The notes: generated from the letters alone by a model not told the origin. A stretch of 32,000 nucleotides of DNA from Nitrosospira multiformis ATCC 25196 (GCF_000196355.1 NC_007614.1:1650001-1682000); one strand, 5' to 3'. Shown: positions 1-8,441, counted from the stretch's first letter. Made by a program: numbers and translations.

Positions 1-565
1 TGTAGCCGAGCAATCTGAAAAACCGTGCGGCCTTATTAACTGTCTTTACGGTAATGTTGATTTCCCGGACGCCTAGCAATTTCATGGCATTCTCGACATA
101 CCTTACAAAACGCTTGGCAGTAGTGCCGCGTCGCGCCTCGGGCAAAAGATACAGCGTGTCTTCCGTGGCAATAAGTGTCTGCGTGTGAGCGCTCTTATCC
201 AGATACATGGCGCAATTGCCCAGCAACTTTCCTTCGCTTCTTACGGTAAAAAGAAGGTAGCGGCCCGCCTGCTCATACCGGATAAAAGTCTCGTAATCCG
301 GCTGGAACGGTAGCCGATGTCTGTGTCCTTCGGTTTCATTCCAGTGGGTGCGATGCAAATGCTTTATTTCTTCTGTAATGTCCTCAATACGCTCTACAGC
401 GAATACTATGCGGCCGTTATATCGAGGCTTGATTTGGGCAATATCTCTCGATTGCGCAAGCGTTTCCATGCGGTAGGCGGCAACGCAGATATCCGCGGCC
501 AGCTCAGATGTCAAGGTCAAGCCCATATTTCCCTTGAGCAGCGAAATCAGTTCAATATTCATCAT
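1..565 (-). CDS. GNAT-family N-acetyltransferase (3' end runs off the window)
   Basis: I translated the minus strand from ATGATG at 565/562: MMNIELISLLKGNMGLTLTSELAADICVAAYRMETLAQSRDIAQIKPRYNGRIVFAVERIEDITEEIKHLHRTHWNETEGHRHRLPFQPDYETFIRYEQAGRYLLFTVRSEGKLLGNCAMYLDKSAHTQTLIATEDTLYLLPEARRGTTAKRFVRYVENAMKLLGVREINITVKTVNKAARFFRLLGY. It stays open to position 1, so it is absent from the ORF track. LLPEARRGTTAKRF resembles GNAT acetyl-CoA motif A. The start overlaps the stop of 562..2082. Confidence 0.55.
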   Translation of the reverse strand, partial: MMNIELISLLKGNMGLTLTSELAADICVAAYRMETLAQSRDIAQIKPRYNGRIVFAVERIEDITEEIKHLHRTHWNETEGHRHRLPFQPDYETFIRYEQAGRYLLFTVRSEGKLLGNCAMYLDKSAHTQTLIATEDTLYLLPEARRGTTAKRFVRYVENAMKLLGVREINITVKTVNKAARFFRLLGY

Positions 566-2082
566 CCATCCATACGTGAAATAAGCTGTTCGAGAGAATC
601 GCGAACAGAATTTATGTACGCATACAATGCCTCGCATTCAGCCTGGGTGGGGGGAGCGGAGAATGTAAGCGCACGAAAGGCGGGAAGCGCTATTCGGTTT
701 CCGCGTCGTCCGGTCAGTATCTCAAGCATGGTTTTGAGCCATGGAGGTGTTCCGACCGGAATGCCAGGCTTCTTGATATAGGTTGCTTCAGCAGGTTGGC
801 TGAAAAGCGCGGATTCAATCACAACCCCGTCACTTATCGCTTCTGCGCTTGCTTTATTGATTTGGATGCAAAAAGTGGCGGAAAGAATGTGTATCTGGGT
901 AATTACGCCCGTTCCGCCAGCATTGGCTTGCATGGAGGGCGTCCCGACAAGCGTGCCACTGCCGATGGATATGGGGAGGGCATCGCCTGCGTTAGATTGC
1001 GCCAAGCCTGCTTCAATCAGGATATGAGTTTGCGTGATTGCGCCGCCTGGCAATATCTTCCCCTGGGCCAATGCGCCCATGCTGAGCATGTGCGCCTGAC
1101 TTACTTTCCCCGTGCTCAAGGTTCTGGCCGGCGCAACCAGGGCGCCCGCCAGGGCAATACCTCTGGTAACGCCGGCAGCGCTACCCAGGTTGGATTGAGC
1201 GAGGGAAGCGCCCGCAAGAATTTGATCCTGCTCGATCTTGCCCGTACTGGCGCCACCTGCCTGTGTTAATCCCGCAACAGCGAGCGTGTGATGTTGAGCA
1301 ATTTCTCCGGTGCTGCCCCTATTTGCCTGTATTGCAGCTACACCGCTTAATCCGGGTCCTGTATCAGCAGGCCACAGCTTTCTTGCAGATGCCTTGAATA
1401 GCTGCCATGGATTTTCATGAAAAGCCCGTGACTCAGCCGCTCCCCAGACTGAATCGGCAAAGCCGGCTATCAGTATCGTGCCGTCAAATTCCCATAGATT
1501 CCCACCGACGTACCGTCCAAGGTTGAAATTCTTGTTCCCCGCTCCCCAGGCTACCGGGGAACTTGTCCAGGTCAACCCGGCCTCTTTCCCATCGAGAAAA
1601 ACTTTGCACGTCGCTGCCGTACCCCCCGATACGAAAACGATACTCCGGCTTTTTGTGTTGAACCATGAAGAAAGGGTGCCGGAACTGGCGCCATTGGAAC
1701 CGATAGCTACTCTTAAGTCTGGATAAACCTGGTATGCGAAAGCATTGGGAGAAGAAGCCCCGAAGGGGCAGTGACCATAAGTATCGGGCCCACCCACAGT
1801 GGGGCACCACATAAAGAAGGTGCCGACATTGCCGGTCAGTTCCGGATAGCCGGTATAGGCGTAATAGTCATCGGCCCCATCAAACGAAAACACCTTGCCA
1901 TTTTGTGCTGGAACAATTGACGCATTGCCGCCCGCTGCCCAGCTTCGCCCGGTAACCAGATCGACCGGCCCCGCGGCAGGATTCCATAATATCCGCATTC
2001 CTCTGGCAAGGCCGGCATAGTCAATAAGTGCAGCGCGCTGCGGCTGGCTTGCAAATCTGTTTCGTAGGGTGATGAGGGACAT
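562..2082 (-). CDS. Fiber-like receptor-binding protein: N-terminal LamG/ConA-like lectin domain, eight 22-residue repeats, C-terminal helical tail
   Basis: 506-aa ORF. Residues ~60-225 show the LamG-like strand pattern (FSFDGADDYY, VGTFFMWCP, RSIVFVSGG..CKVFLDGKE, NFNLGRYVGGNLWEFDGTILIAGF). Residues ~256-431 have a strict 22-aa period (G..G.I.Q.H.L....LAQ...). The C-terminus contains LEILTGRRGNRI. Confidence 0.7.
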   Translation of the reverse strand: MSLITLRNRFASQPQRAALIDYAGLARGMRILWNPAAGPVDLVTGRSWAAGGNASIVPAQNGKVFSFDGADDYYAYTGYPELTGNVGTFFMWCPTVGGPDTYGHCPFGASSPNAFAYQVYPDLRVAIGSNGASSGTLSSWFNTKSRSIVFVSGGTAATCKVFLDGKEAGLTWTSSPVAWGAGNKNFNLGRYVGGNLWEFDGTILIAGFADSVWGAAESRAFHENPWQLFKASARKLWPADTGPGLSGVAAIQANRGSTGEIAQHHTLAVAGLTQAGGASTGKIEQDQILAGASLAQSNLGSAAGVTRGIALAGALVAPARTLSTGKVSQAHMLSMGALAQGKILPGGAITQTHILIEAGLAQSNAGDALPISIGSGTLVGTPSMQANAGGTGVITQIHILSATFCIQINKASAEAISDGVVIESALFSQPAEATYIKKPGIPVGTPPWLKTMLEILTGRRGNRIALPAFRALTFSAPPTQAECEALYAYINSVRDSLEQLISRMDG

Positions 2083-2091
2083 GCCGGCAGA

Positions 2092-2526
2092 TCAGGTGGA
2101 AAGACCGGTAATATCGGCCCTGTAAATGCTTCCTGAGCTGATTGCCACCCCCATGTCATTTTTTACGACCAGCTTCAGGTAACGGCTGATTGGCAGACCT
2201 TGCAGGCTGAAGAGCTTTCGGTGCACGTTCGTGTCATTGCACGGCAATGTGCCGATCCAATGGAGGTCAGCCTCGTTGGTGGCGTCGGTTCCGCTTTCCG
2301 GGCCACTCCCGAAATTCACATTATCGAGCGATAGTTTTGCGAATAAAATCAACTGGCGGCTGCCGGTGGGAGTGCCGTTAGGGTCGCATTCAATCTCTAA
2401 AGTAATATCCAACGGGATAGCAGGTCCGAGATCAATGGCGGACGAAGTTATGTAGGTGCCACTTGCCAGCGTTCCCATATTGAGCACGACGTTGCGCGCG
2501 CTCTGCGCTTGGGTAAATGTTGCCAT
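2092..2526 (-). CDS. Hypothetical virion-module protein (144 aa)
   Basis: Clean ORF, 10 nt upstream of the next gene and co-oriented with the fiber gene. I recognise no motif. Confidence 0.55.
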   Translation of the reverse strand: MATFTQAQSARNVVLNMGTLASGTYITSSAIDLGPAIPLDITLEIECDPNGTPTGSRQLILFAKLSLDNVNFGSGPESGTDATNEADLHWIGTLPCNDTNVHRKLFSLQGLPISRYLKLVVKNDMGVAISSGSIYRADITGLST

Positions 2527-2559
2527 TGTTTGATATCTGGAATATCGCCAGGAGTTGAG

Positions 2560-2943
2560 TTAGGTGGGTTGGGAACTCGTGTAGGTCAGGCTTGGGAAAT
2601 TGACTGTATTGCCGCTCGTTACCACCTGATCGGTGGTTTCATCGGTCACCAGCAATACCTTGCTCACGTTGTCCGTGAATGCAATGTGAAGATCCGGCGC
2701 GCTGCCCGAATTGGCCGAGGCTGTGCCACTGCGTGCCGCGACTGTCAGCACGCGGGCTGCGCCATCGGCACCTGACAATGCATAATCTCCGGGCGCCATT
2801 GCAACCGCACAAATTGCATTAGCATTAACGGTTGCATAACTGTCAGCAAAGGAATATGCCTTTAACAGCAGCATGCGGCCCGCATTGTTTTTTATCGCAT
2901 TCAATCCACCATCCAGCACATCGGAATGAACATACTTCGCCAT
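2560..2943 (-). CDS. Hypothetical virion-module protein (127 aa)
   Basis: ORF starting MAKYVHSDVLDGGLNAIKNNA, the first gene after the terminator at 2967..2995. I recognise no motif. Confidence 0.55.
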   Translation of the reverse strand: MAKYVHSDVLDGGLNAIKNNAGRMLLLKAYSFADSYATVNANAICAVAMAPGDYALSGADGAARVLTVAARSGTASANSGSAPDLHIAFTDNVSKVLLVTDETTDQVVTSGNTVNFPSLTYTSSQPT

Positions 2944-2966
2944 ACAAAATTCCTTTTCTTATAGTC

Positions 2967-2995
2967 AAAAAAAAACCGCCCGAACAGGGGCGGCT
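2967..2995 (-). terminator. Intrinsic terminator (minus strand)
   Basis: CCGCCC/GGGCGG stem at 2976..2993, followed on the minus strand by a run of 9 T (plus-strand A-run 2967..2975). Confidence 0.7.
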
Positions 2996-3125
2996 CGCGT
3001 TTGGGCGACAAAATCAGGAAGAAAAAACTGCTTGAAATATCTTTACCGGCCCGAGAACACTCCCTGGAGTGCCGTGATCTGCTTGGGTTTCCAGGGCCAT
3101 TCCGAGAGTTAGTTTTCGGCGCTGG

Positions 3126-3975
3126 TTAAACCCGGGCAAGGCTTGAAAGCCCCGCCCGGTGTGCAAATTCGGCTGGCGACAGGTCATTGAGAGTCGAGTG
3201 AGGTCGACTCTCGTTGTAGTCCCGTCGCCAGTCTTCGATGATCGTTTTGGCCTCTTCCAGCGTTTCAAACCAGTGCAAGTTAAGACACTCGTCCCGGAAT
3301 GATCCGTTAAACGTCTCGATGTGGCAATTGTCCGTCGGCTTTCCTGGCCGGCTGAAGTCGATCCGTGCCTGGTGATGGTACGCCCAGAGATCGAGCAACT
3401 GCCCCGAGAATTCGCTGCCATTATCGACAAAAAGATATTGAGGAGGACCCCGCCGCGGCCAGTCGATTTAACGTAGCGACCACATGGTCGCTTCGCAGAC
3501 GCTGACCCACTTCGATTGCCAATGCTTCCTTGCTGAAGACATCCACAATCGTCAGCGTACGGAACTTCATCCCGTTGGCCAGTTGGTCCGCCACAAAGTC
3601 CATGCTCCATGCTTCATTGGGTTTGGTCGGCTTGATCTTCGCCTGGCGTCTCACGACCATCTTGCGGCGCCTGGGCAGCTTTGAGCGAAGCTGTAGCTGC
3701 TCTTCGCTATAAAGCCGATACATCTGGTTTTTACCCAGCTGCCAGCCTTCACGCTTGAGAAGCACGTGGATGCGCCGGTAACCATAACGCACCCGTGTCT
3801 TTGCAATCTCCCGCATACGCCCTCGCAACGCCTGCTTCGGATCCTTGATGCTCCGATAGTACTGGACGCTGCGCGATTGCTTCATCAACCTGCAGGCCCG
3901 CCGCATGTTCAGGTCATGGTGGCTCACGATGTAGTCCACCACTTCGCGTTTCAGCGCGGGCCGGGCCACTTTTTT
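3126..3975 (-). pseudogene. IS3-family transposase OrfB (DDE), broken by an extra 1-nt frameshift
   Basis: The N-part (frame of 3421..4110) carries WSMDFV. The C-part (frame of 3126..3398, open upstream to RGPPQYLFVDNGSEFSGQLLDLWAY) carries the second D and ETFNGSFRDE. The two parts are in different frames, and the lesion lies in the GC run at ~3447..3460. Confidence 0.75.
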
Positions 3976-4229
3976 GATGCAACGTCCTGCAGGATCGCCC
4001 GGTCCAGGCTCAAGTCGGCTACCAGCTTCTTGAGCCGCCCATTCTCTTCCTGCAACTGCTTGAGCTCCCGCACCTGGTCCGACTGCATCCCGGCGTACTG
4101 CTTCTTCCAACGGTAGAACGTCTGTTCCGAGATTCCCACCTGCCGGATCAGATCCGCCACCGGCATCCCAAGCTCCGCCTGCTTTAATACCGCTACGATC
4201 TGTTCTATTGAAAACCGCTTCTTCTTCAT
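3951..4229 (-). CDS. IS3-family transposase OrfA (HTH)
   Basis: MKKKRFSIEQIVAVLKQAELGMPVADLIRQVGISEQTFYRWKKQY followed by a leucine-zipper-like LKQLQEENGRLKKLVADL. I prefer the ATG at 4229 to the track start at 4274. Confidence 0.85.
   Translation of the reverse strand: MKKKRFSIEQIVAVLKQAELGMPVADLIRQVGISEQTFYRWKKQYAGMQSDQVRELKQLQEENGRLKKLVADLSLDRAILQDVASKKWPGPR
3969..3975 (-). other. Programmed -1 ribosomal frameshift heptamer A AAA AAG (orfA to orfB)
   Basis: The minus strand reads gca tcA AAA AAG tgg in the orfA frame. Slipping -1 gives KKVARPALKREVV, which is the N-terminal part of the orfB ORF. Confidence 0.75.
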
Positions 4230-4338
4230 GGCAAACACCCCTCCTTTCAAGGTCAAGTTTGCCGAAAAACTCACTTTCTGTCTGGTCCTGAATTCCTAAA
4301 GCAGATCAGCCGACCCCGCCGTTCGAGCCTTATGGTAG

Positions 4339-6375
4339 CTATGCCTGCTTCAATCCATCCATTGTTTCAGCCAGGACGACGCTGTTTACCTTCACATTGC
4401 CGGATAGCACAAACTCTACGTTATCGGCCTTATAGCCACCGGGAAGCCGAAATGCCCTGTTATTCTTGACCTGTTTGGTAAATTTCGGCACGCCATCGCT
4501 CCATAATTGAAATTGCAGAGAATCTATGGATAAAAGGGGAATATCCTGAGTCGCATCACCCCCGATCTCGTATTCACCGAGGCATGTATCTGCCAGTCCG
4601 TCATCCATGGAATAAGAACTGATCAATGTCTGGTTGGCAGCGATAGTCTCCTTATAGGAGGATTGCGCCGCTGCTCTTTCTTCTTCCGTCATTTTAAAAT
4701 CGGCATCGATCTTCCCCGCACCATAATTAACCGGTGACGCAGTAACGAACCGTTTGCTTTTCCACTCATAGAAAAGCTTAGTTCCCGTATCCCCTTCCCA
4801 TTCGTAGATTTTCTTGTTTGTGGCGATGTAGAGCTTGCCGGTGATGGGATCCGTCCAGATGCAACTGATGTTCTGGTTGATTTTTGTAAAGGATGCATCC
4901 TCCGCCTTATCGATCACGAACATCAGGGAGCTGTCGCCAGCCGAATAGCCGCAGTAATAGCGGTTATCGGCAGAGGTCGCGATAAAGGTATCGGGGTTTA
5001 GTTCGGACCACTCCTTCTGGGTAAACAAATCTTTTGTGACAATATCGCTGCTTGTCCCGATCATTACCATCCCTTGCGGAGCGGGATACCCGATGCCAAA
5101 TGCAAAATTCGCTACTCCTCGTTTCGACATGCAGGGCCACGCCACTCCCAGCTTCTCCATTCCTCCGCCCATGGTTACGGGCTCAACGCCGGTCAGGGTG
5201 AAGGGATTGCCCCTGGTCATGCCGACGAGTGTGGTTCCCATTGCAGCGATGGCTACAATTTCCTGGTCGTATGTTTGCCGATACGAAGTGGGCCAGGCAT
5301 AAGGTTTGAACGGTTCCGAGAAAAGCACCTCATTGCCCGCGAATGCTGCGGCAATTCCATTCGCAAGTACAACGATGCCTCTCATGTTTGCCGGGGGCAT
5401 TTCCCAGTTTGTGGAGGGCAATGTTTCTCCCAGCGCAATAACCGTGTCAGGGACAGTATCGCTGTAGTTTTTTGTAATCCCGGAAAGTGTTGCGACATAG
5501 CGATATTCGGTCCCTGACGACGTGGTAAGCGTCCGGTAGATGCGCTTGTTCATCCCCCCGGTATTATGTGGAGCCTGCCGCTCCCACCTCCCACCTCCGG
5601 CGTAGAGCTGGTCTGTAGAAAGGGATATGGCCACCTTTTTGGTTACCGGATCCACGCTCATCAGAATGAATCGACCGTTCAAGTCAGTCATGCCCGACAC
5701 CGATTCAAACTGGATTTCCTCGTGCGCTCTTAAACCGAAGACGGTATCAAGGCTGATTTCCATTTGCCCGGCAACTGGAGAATTCCTGGAAACAGCAGTA
5801 ATTGCCCCGGAATTGGGGGGTGCTGCGTCCAGATTTGAAATCATCCAGGTTGCATCTATCTTTCCGCTGGTCACTATCGAAGCGGGGGAAGGTTGCGACT
5901 CTTCCCCCCATTGCGTGACAAATGTATATACATAGGCACGGGAAGTCGCTACTCCGCTGCCACCCGACGCGCTCACCAGCGGTTCGCTGACCGGGGGTGT
6001 AACCCCAAGTACATAGCAGGCGGACGGATGAGCATTGGCGCCCGCTGTTGCCATTTCAAAGTTGGAAGTGCGCGGCTCCCCGTCGCCCGTGTAGTAGAAT
6101 CGCTGAAGCGTATCCCCTGCAACAGGCGAACGGGCTACATCGACATCCCTGCTCCAGGCGAGCCACTTTTCGCTCCCATCCTTTTCCATCCTGAACATCG
6201 ACCGGATTTCTCCATCGATCTGGGGGGAAAAAACAAGTAGCGGCGCGTTTCGGGGCCGCAAGTCGCCTGCGGCAAGGTTGCAATTGGTCGCCGTCTGCGC
6301 CTGGTTCGAGCTGAGCAAGTGCTTTGCCAGCCGCGGAACAAGCCCGGAGAATCCGGAAATCCTGAATGCGCTCAC
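4339..6375 (-). CDS. Large virion (tail/hub-like) structural protein, 678 aa
   Basis: Long ORF with a GTG start overlapping the endolysin stop (GTGA). It is rich in short beta-strand repeats (RIYRT..G.EYRYV, LFSEPFKPYAWP). The functional assignment rests on size and context only. Confidence 0.65.
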   Translation of the reverse strand: MSAFRISGFSGLVPRLAKHLLSSNQAQTATNCNLAAGDLRPRNAPLLVFSPQIDGEIRSMFRMEKDGSEKWLAWSRDVDVARSPVAGDTLQRFYYTGDGEPRTSNFEMATAGANAHPSACYVLGVTPPVSEPLVSASGGSGVATSRAYVYTFVTQWGEESQPSPASIVTSGKIDATWMISNLDAAPPNSGAITAVSRNSPVAGQMEISLDTVFGLRAHEEIQFESVSGMTDLNGRFILMSVDPVTKKVAISLSTDQLYAGGGRWERQAPHNTGGMNKRIYRTLTTSSGTEYRYVATLSGITKNYSDTVPDTVIALGETLPSTNWEMPPANMRGIVVLANGIAAAFAGNEVLFSEPFKPYAWPTSYRQTYDQEIVAIAAMGTTLVGMTRGNPFTLTGVEPVTMGGGMEKLGVAWPCMSKRGVANFAFGIGYPAPQGMVMIGTSSDIVTKDLFTQKEWSELNPDTFIATSADNRYYCGYSAGDSSLMFVIDKAEDASFTKINQNISCIWTDPITGKLYIATNKKIYEWEGDTGTKLFYEWKSKRFVTASPVNYGAGKIDADFKMTEEERAAAQSSYKETIAANQTLISSYSMDDGLADTCLGEYEIGGDATQDIPLLSIDSLQFQLWSDGVPKFTKQVKNNRAFRLPGGYKADNVEFVLSGNVKVNSVVLAETMDGLKQA

Positions 6376-6926
6376 CCTGCCAGATCTCCGGTTCCGGGAG
6401 AGCTATCCTGCTGCAGATCAGTTACTCGTCCCTCGCATAATGCCCGTTCCTTGGCACGCCGCTTCACGAGCCCCGGCAGTACTTTTTTACCGGGGCCATA
6501 TTTGAATGCCTCTATGCGCGCACACGCTTCCGCATACCGTCCGGCATTGAGCAGGTCGATAAGATTAGGGGGTCTTCCAGGTAAGGCTTTTCGGCAGAAT
6601 GCAGCGACACCGATGTTATAAGCGAGGCTCACATACGCCTCATACTCGTGCTGATATAGAGGCACAGTCACGCAGCGTCTGACTCCAGCCGCATAAACCC
6701 CCTCGATTTCATCCAGCAACCGGATCAAAGACCTCTCGGGGGTTGTCCTGTCCCCCATTTTCACGCCCATGGTCGTACCAAACCCGATGGTGGGGACATC
6801 CCCGCGCAAAGGGATGTATGCTTCATCCTTATACCCCTCGTTCACCGCGATTCCAACCAGTGTTGACGCAGCCACCACCAATAATGCTACAGCGGACCTG
6901 CCTTGGCTAAACAATGGCTTACTCAT
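6372..6926 (-). CDS. SAR-type endolysin, GH24 phage lysozyme family
   Basis: NEGYKDEAYIPLRGDVPTIGFGTT matches the E...D...T(IGFG) lysozyme catalytic region. The N-terminal segment SAVALLVVAASTLVGIAV is weakly hydrophobic and Ala/Gly/Ser-rich, typical of signal-anchor-release domains. Confidence 0.85.
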   Translation of the reverse strand: MSKPLFSQGRSAVALLVVAASTLVGIAVNEGYKDEAYIPLRGDVPTIGFGTTMGVKMGDRTTPERSLIRLLDEIEGVYAAGVRRCVTVPLYQHEYEAYVSLAYNIGVAAFCRKALPGRPPNLIDLLNAGRYAEACARIEAFKYGPGKKVLPGLVKRRAKERALCEGRVTDLQQDSSPGTGDLAG

Positions 6927-6977
6927 CTTTCGATTCCTCGTGTTCCATGTTCATTTGTGCTTATCGGTATGCAGGCG

Positions 6978-7271
6978 TCAGGGAAGGGTTTCTGTGATGC
7001 AATCCAGTTTCGCCTTTATGGTCTCCTTTACATTGCCTGCATTCAGTGCGGCGCACGAGGATATTTCCGGAATGGGAGATGCCGGCTTGGATTTTGGCTT
7101 CGAGACCTCCACGGGATTCATCGATGTTTGCGGTTTTACCGTCGAAACGTGGGGGTCCACGGGGGTTTCGTTCGTCAGCGGGGGTTTGTTCGTCACCGCC
7201 GGTTCATTCGTCGCCAGGGGCGTAAGCATGGTGCACGACGCCAGAAGGGAGGCTCCCAGCAAATACCTCAT
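6978..7271 (-). CDS. Proline-rich lipoprotein, o-spanin-like
   Basis: Lipobox LLASC after MRYLLGAS. The mature part is Pro/Thr-rich and has two further Cys. Its ATGA start overlaps the stop of the upstream membrane/coiled-coil gene. Confidence 0.55.
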   Translation of the reverse strand: MRYLLGASLLASCTMLTPLATNEPAVTNKPPLTNETPVDPHVSTVKPQTSMNPVEVSKPKSKPASPIPEISSCAALNAGNVKETIKAKLDCITETLP

Positions 7272-7579
7272 GCCTTTCTCCCCCTAGCCCATTTCTCGAT
7301 GATTCTGTCGAGCTTGTCATTGAATTCCTTCATCGTTTCACGCTGCTCGGCTCTCACCGATTTGAGTTCCTCATCGAGGCGTTCATTGGTTCTTTCCTGA
7401 TACAGCTCTCCTCGTTTCAGCGTCGCGATATCATTTTGCACCGTGTTGTACGTGGCTACGCCAGATGCAACCAAACCCGCCACTGCAATAATTCCACCGA
7501 AGGATAATGTGTAGGTGGATGGTCCACGCCGCCTCTCGACCCTGTTCGCGATCTCTTGGTCGCCTTCATCTTCTGCCAT
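7268..7579 (-). CDS. Single-TM, coiled-coil membrane protein, i-spanin-like (or holin-associated)
   Basis: I prefer the ATG at 7579 (MAEDEGDQ...), 2 nt after the upstream stop. It has one TM segment (FGGIIAVAGLVASGVATY) followed by a charged helical region (RTNERLDEELKSVRAEQRETMKEFNDKLDRIIE). Confidence 0.5.
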   Translation of the reverse strand: MAEDEGDQEIANRVERRRGPSTYTLSFGGIIAVAGLVASGVATYNTVQNDIATLKRGELYQERTNERLDEELKSVRAEQRETMKEFNDKLDRIIEKWARGRKA

Positions 7580-7581
7580 GA

Positions 7582-7758
7582 TCAGGACAAACCCCATAAA
7601 ACTATTGCGAACACAACCGCACCCAGCAATATTGGAGCGGTCCATTTCGATTCCTTCAGCTTTTCCAATAAACCGTCTGCGCGGACTTCAGCTGCGGCAC
7701 GTTGACTTTCCACTTCTTCCTGGATGGCTTTGATGCGCTTGCGTTGAAACATGGTCAC
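7582..7758 (-). CDS. Small membrane protein, holin candidate
   Basis: AGGAGG at 7771..7766 lies 7 nt before the GTG at 7758. The product MTMFQRKRIKAIQEE...WTAPILLGAVVFAIVLWGLS has a C-terminal TM. The track start (TTG at 7803) would add a second hydrophobic segment, but it lies inside a terminator hairpin. Confidence 0.45.
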   Translation of the reverse strand: MTMFQRKRIKAIQEEVESQRAAAEVRADGLLEKLKESKWTAPILLGAVVFAIVLWGLS

Positions 7759-7783
7759 AATAATTCCTCCTAGGATGGTGAAT

Positions 7784-7823
7784 AAAAAAGCCCGTTCGGG
7801 CAAAAAAAAAGCGGCTATGCCGC
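7784..7823 (-). terminator. Tandem intrinsic terminators (minus strand)
   Basis: GCGGC-TAT-GCCGC (7811..7823) is followed on the minus strand by T9, then GCCCG-TT-CGGGC (7790..7801) is followed by T6. They sit just downstream of the stop at 7851. Confidence 0.7.
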
Positions 7824-7850
7824 ATCTTGTTCAAAAAATTTCGATCATGT

Positions 7851-8441
7851 TTACCACTTGATGTCATCCAGTTGCTGCCGAGTAGGAAAATCGCCAAGCG
7901 CAGCAACCCTCTCCTGTAATCTCTGCCTCTTGCCCGTCAGTTGACCATGCACTCTCGCAAATGCAGCAGCCTTGGCGATAATTTTGCCCGCAAGATCTGC
8001 CTTATTCATATTTCGAGCATCAGCAGCGCTGTCCAGCCAGGGAGTATGGGCTTGAGGATTCGAAAACCATGCTTTTGCTTCCCCTTCCTGTAATGCCCAG
8101 CTTTTGACTTCTTCCTCTGGATAAGCTGCTGTCAATTCCCTTATGTCGGACTGGTAAGCAGCGTTGATGCGGGCGACAGCCGCTGCTTTCATTTGATCCG
8201 GACCCGGTGCAGTTAACACGGTGATTTGTTCTGATGGCGCGGTTTTCCATAGATCCACAAATGGTTGAAACTCTGCCATGTTTGTGAGCAGCGTATTTGC
8301 AGTATCGTCATACTCTATATGGCCGCTTGTATCGTTCCACTGCACAGCGCGCACATTGGCCCTCAACGAGGACAAATCGATTCGCCTGAATACCCCATCG
8401 ATTCCAACCACGCTGTCGTCCCGAATGATTGTCACTCGCAT
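7851..8441 (-). CDS. Tail-fiber assembly/chaperone-like protein (196 aa)
   Basis: N-terminus MRVTIIRDDSVVGIDGVFRRIDLSSL..VQWNDTSGHIEYDD and C-terminal YPEEEVKSWALQEGEAKAW. From memory these resemble DUF4376-type phage proteins found next to fibers; this is unverified. Confidence 0.55.
   Translation of the reverse strand: MRVTIIRDDSVVGIDGVFRRIDLSSLRANVRAVQWNDTSGHIEYDDTANTLLTNMAEFQPFVDLWKTAPSEQITVLTAPGPDQMKAAAVARINAAYQSDIRELTAAYPEEEVKSWALQEGEAKAWFSNPQAHTPWLDSAADARNMNKADLAGKIIAKAAAFARVHGQLTGKRQRLQERVAALGDFPTRQQLDDIKW

Larger units (their letters stand above)
3075..4308 (-). mobile_element. IS3-family insertion sequence (IS407-like subgroup), 1234 bp
   Basis: Imperfect terminal inverted repeats: TGATCTGCTTGGGTTTCCAGG... 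at 3075 and, reverse-complemented at 4308, TGATCTGCTTTAGGAATTCAGG.... A 4-bp direct repeat GCCG flanks both ends (3071..3074 and 4309..4312). Internally there is orfA, an A AAA AAG slippery site and a DDE orfB. Confidence 0.9.

Noticed and set aside
317-1269. Plus-strand ORFs 317..781 (154 aa) and 796..1269 (157 aa)
   Set aside because: Both lie antisense to, and fully inside, well-supported minus-strand genes (the GNAT and the LamG fiber). Their products are low-complexity with no motifs. They are shadow ORFs.
3014-3610. 198-aa minus-strand ORF inside and beyond the IS
   Set aside because: It is the third reading frame across the broken transposase orfB and runs past the IS inverted repeat at 3075. 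It is an artefact of the frameshifted region.
7759-7803. TTG start at 7803 giving a two-TM, 73-aa class-II-like holin
   Set aside because: The start codon and first codons lie inside the GCCCG-TT-CGGGC terminator hairpin. A GTG with an ideally spaced AGGAGG occurs at 7758. I kept this as an alternative only, since a SAR endolysin would fit a two-TM pinholin.
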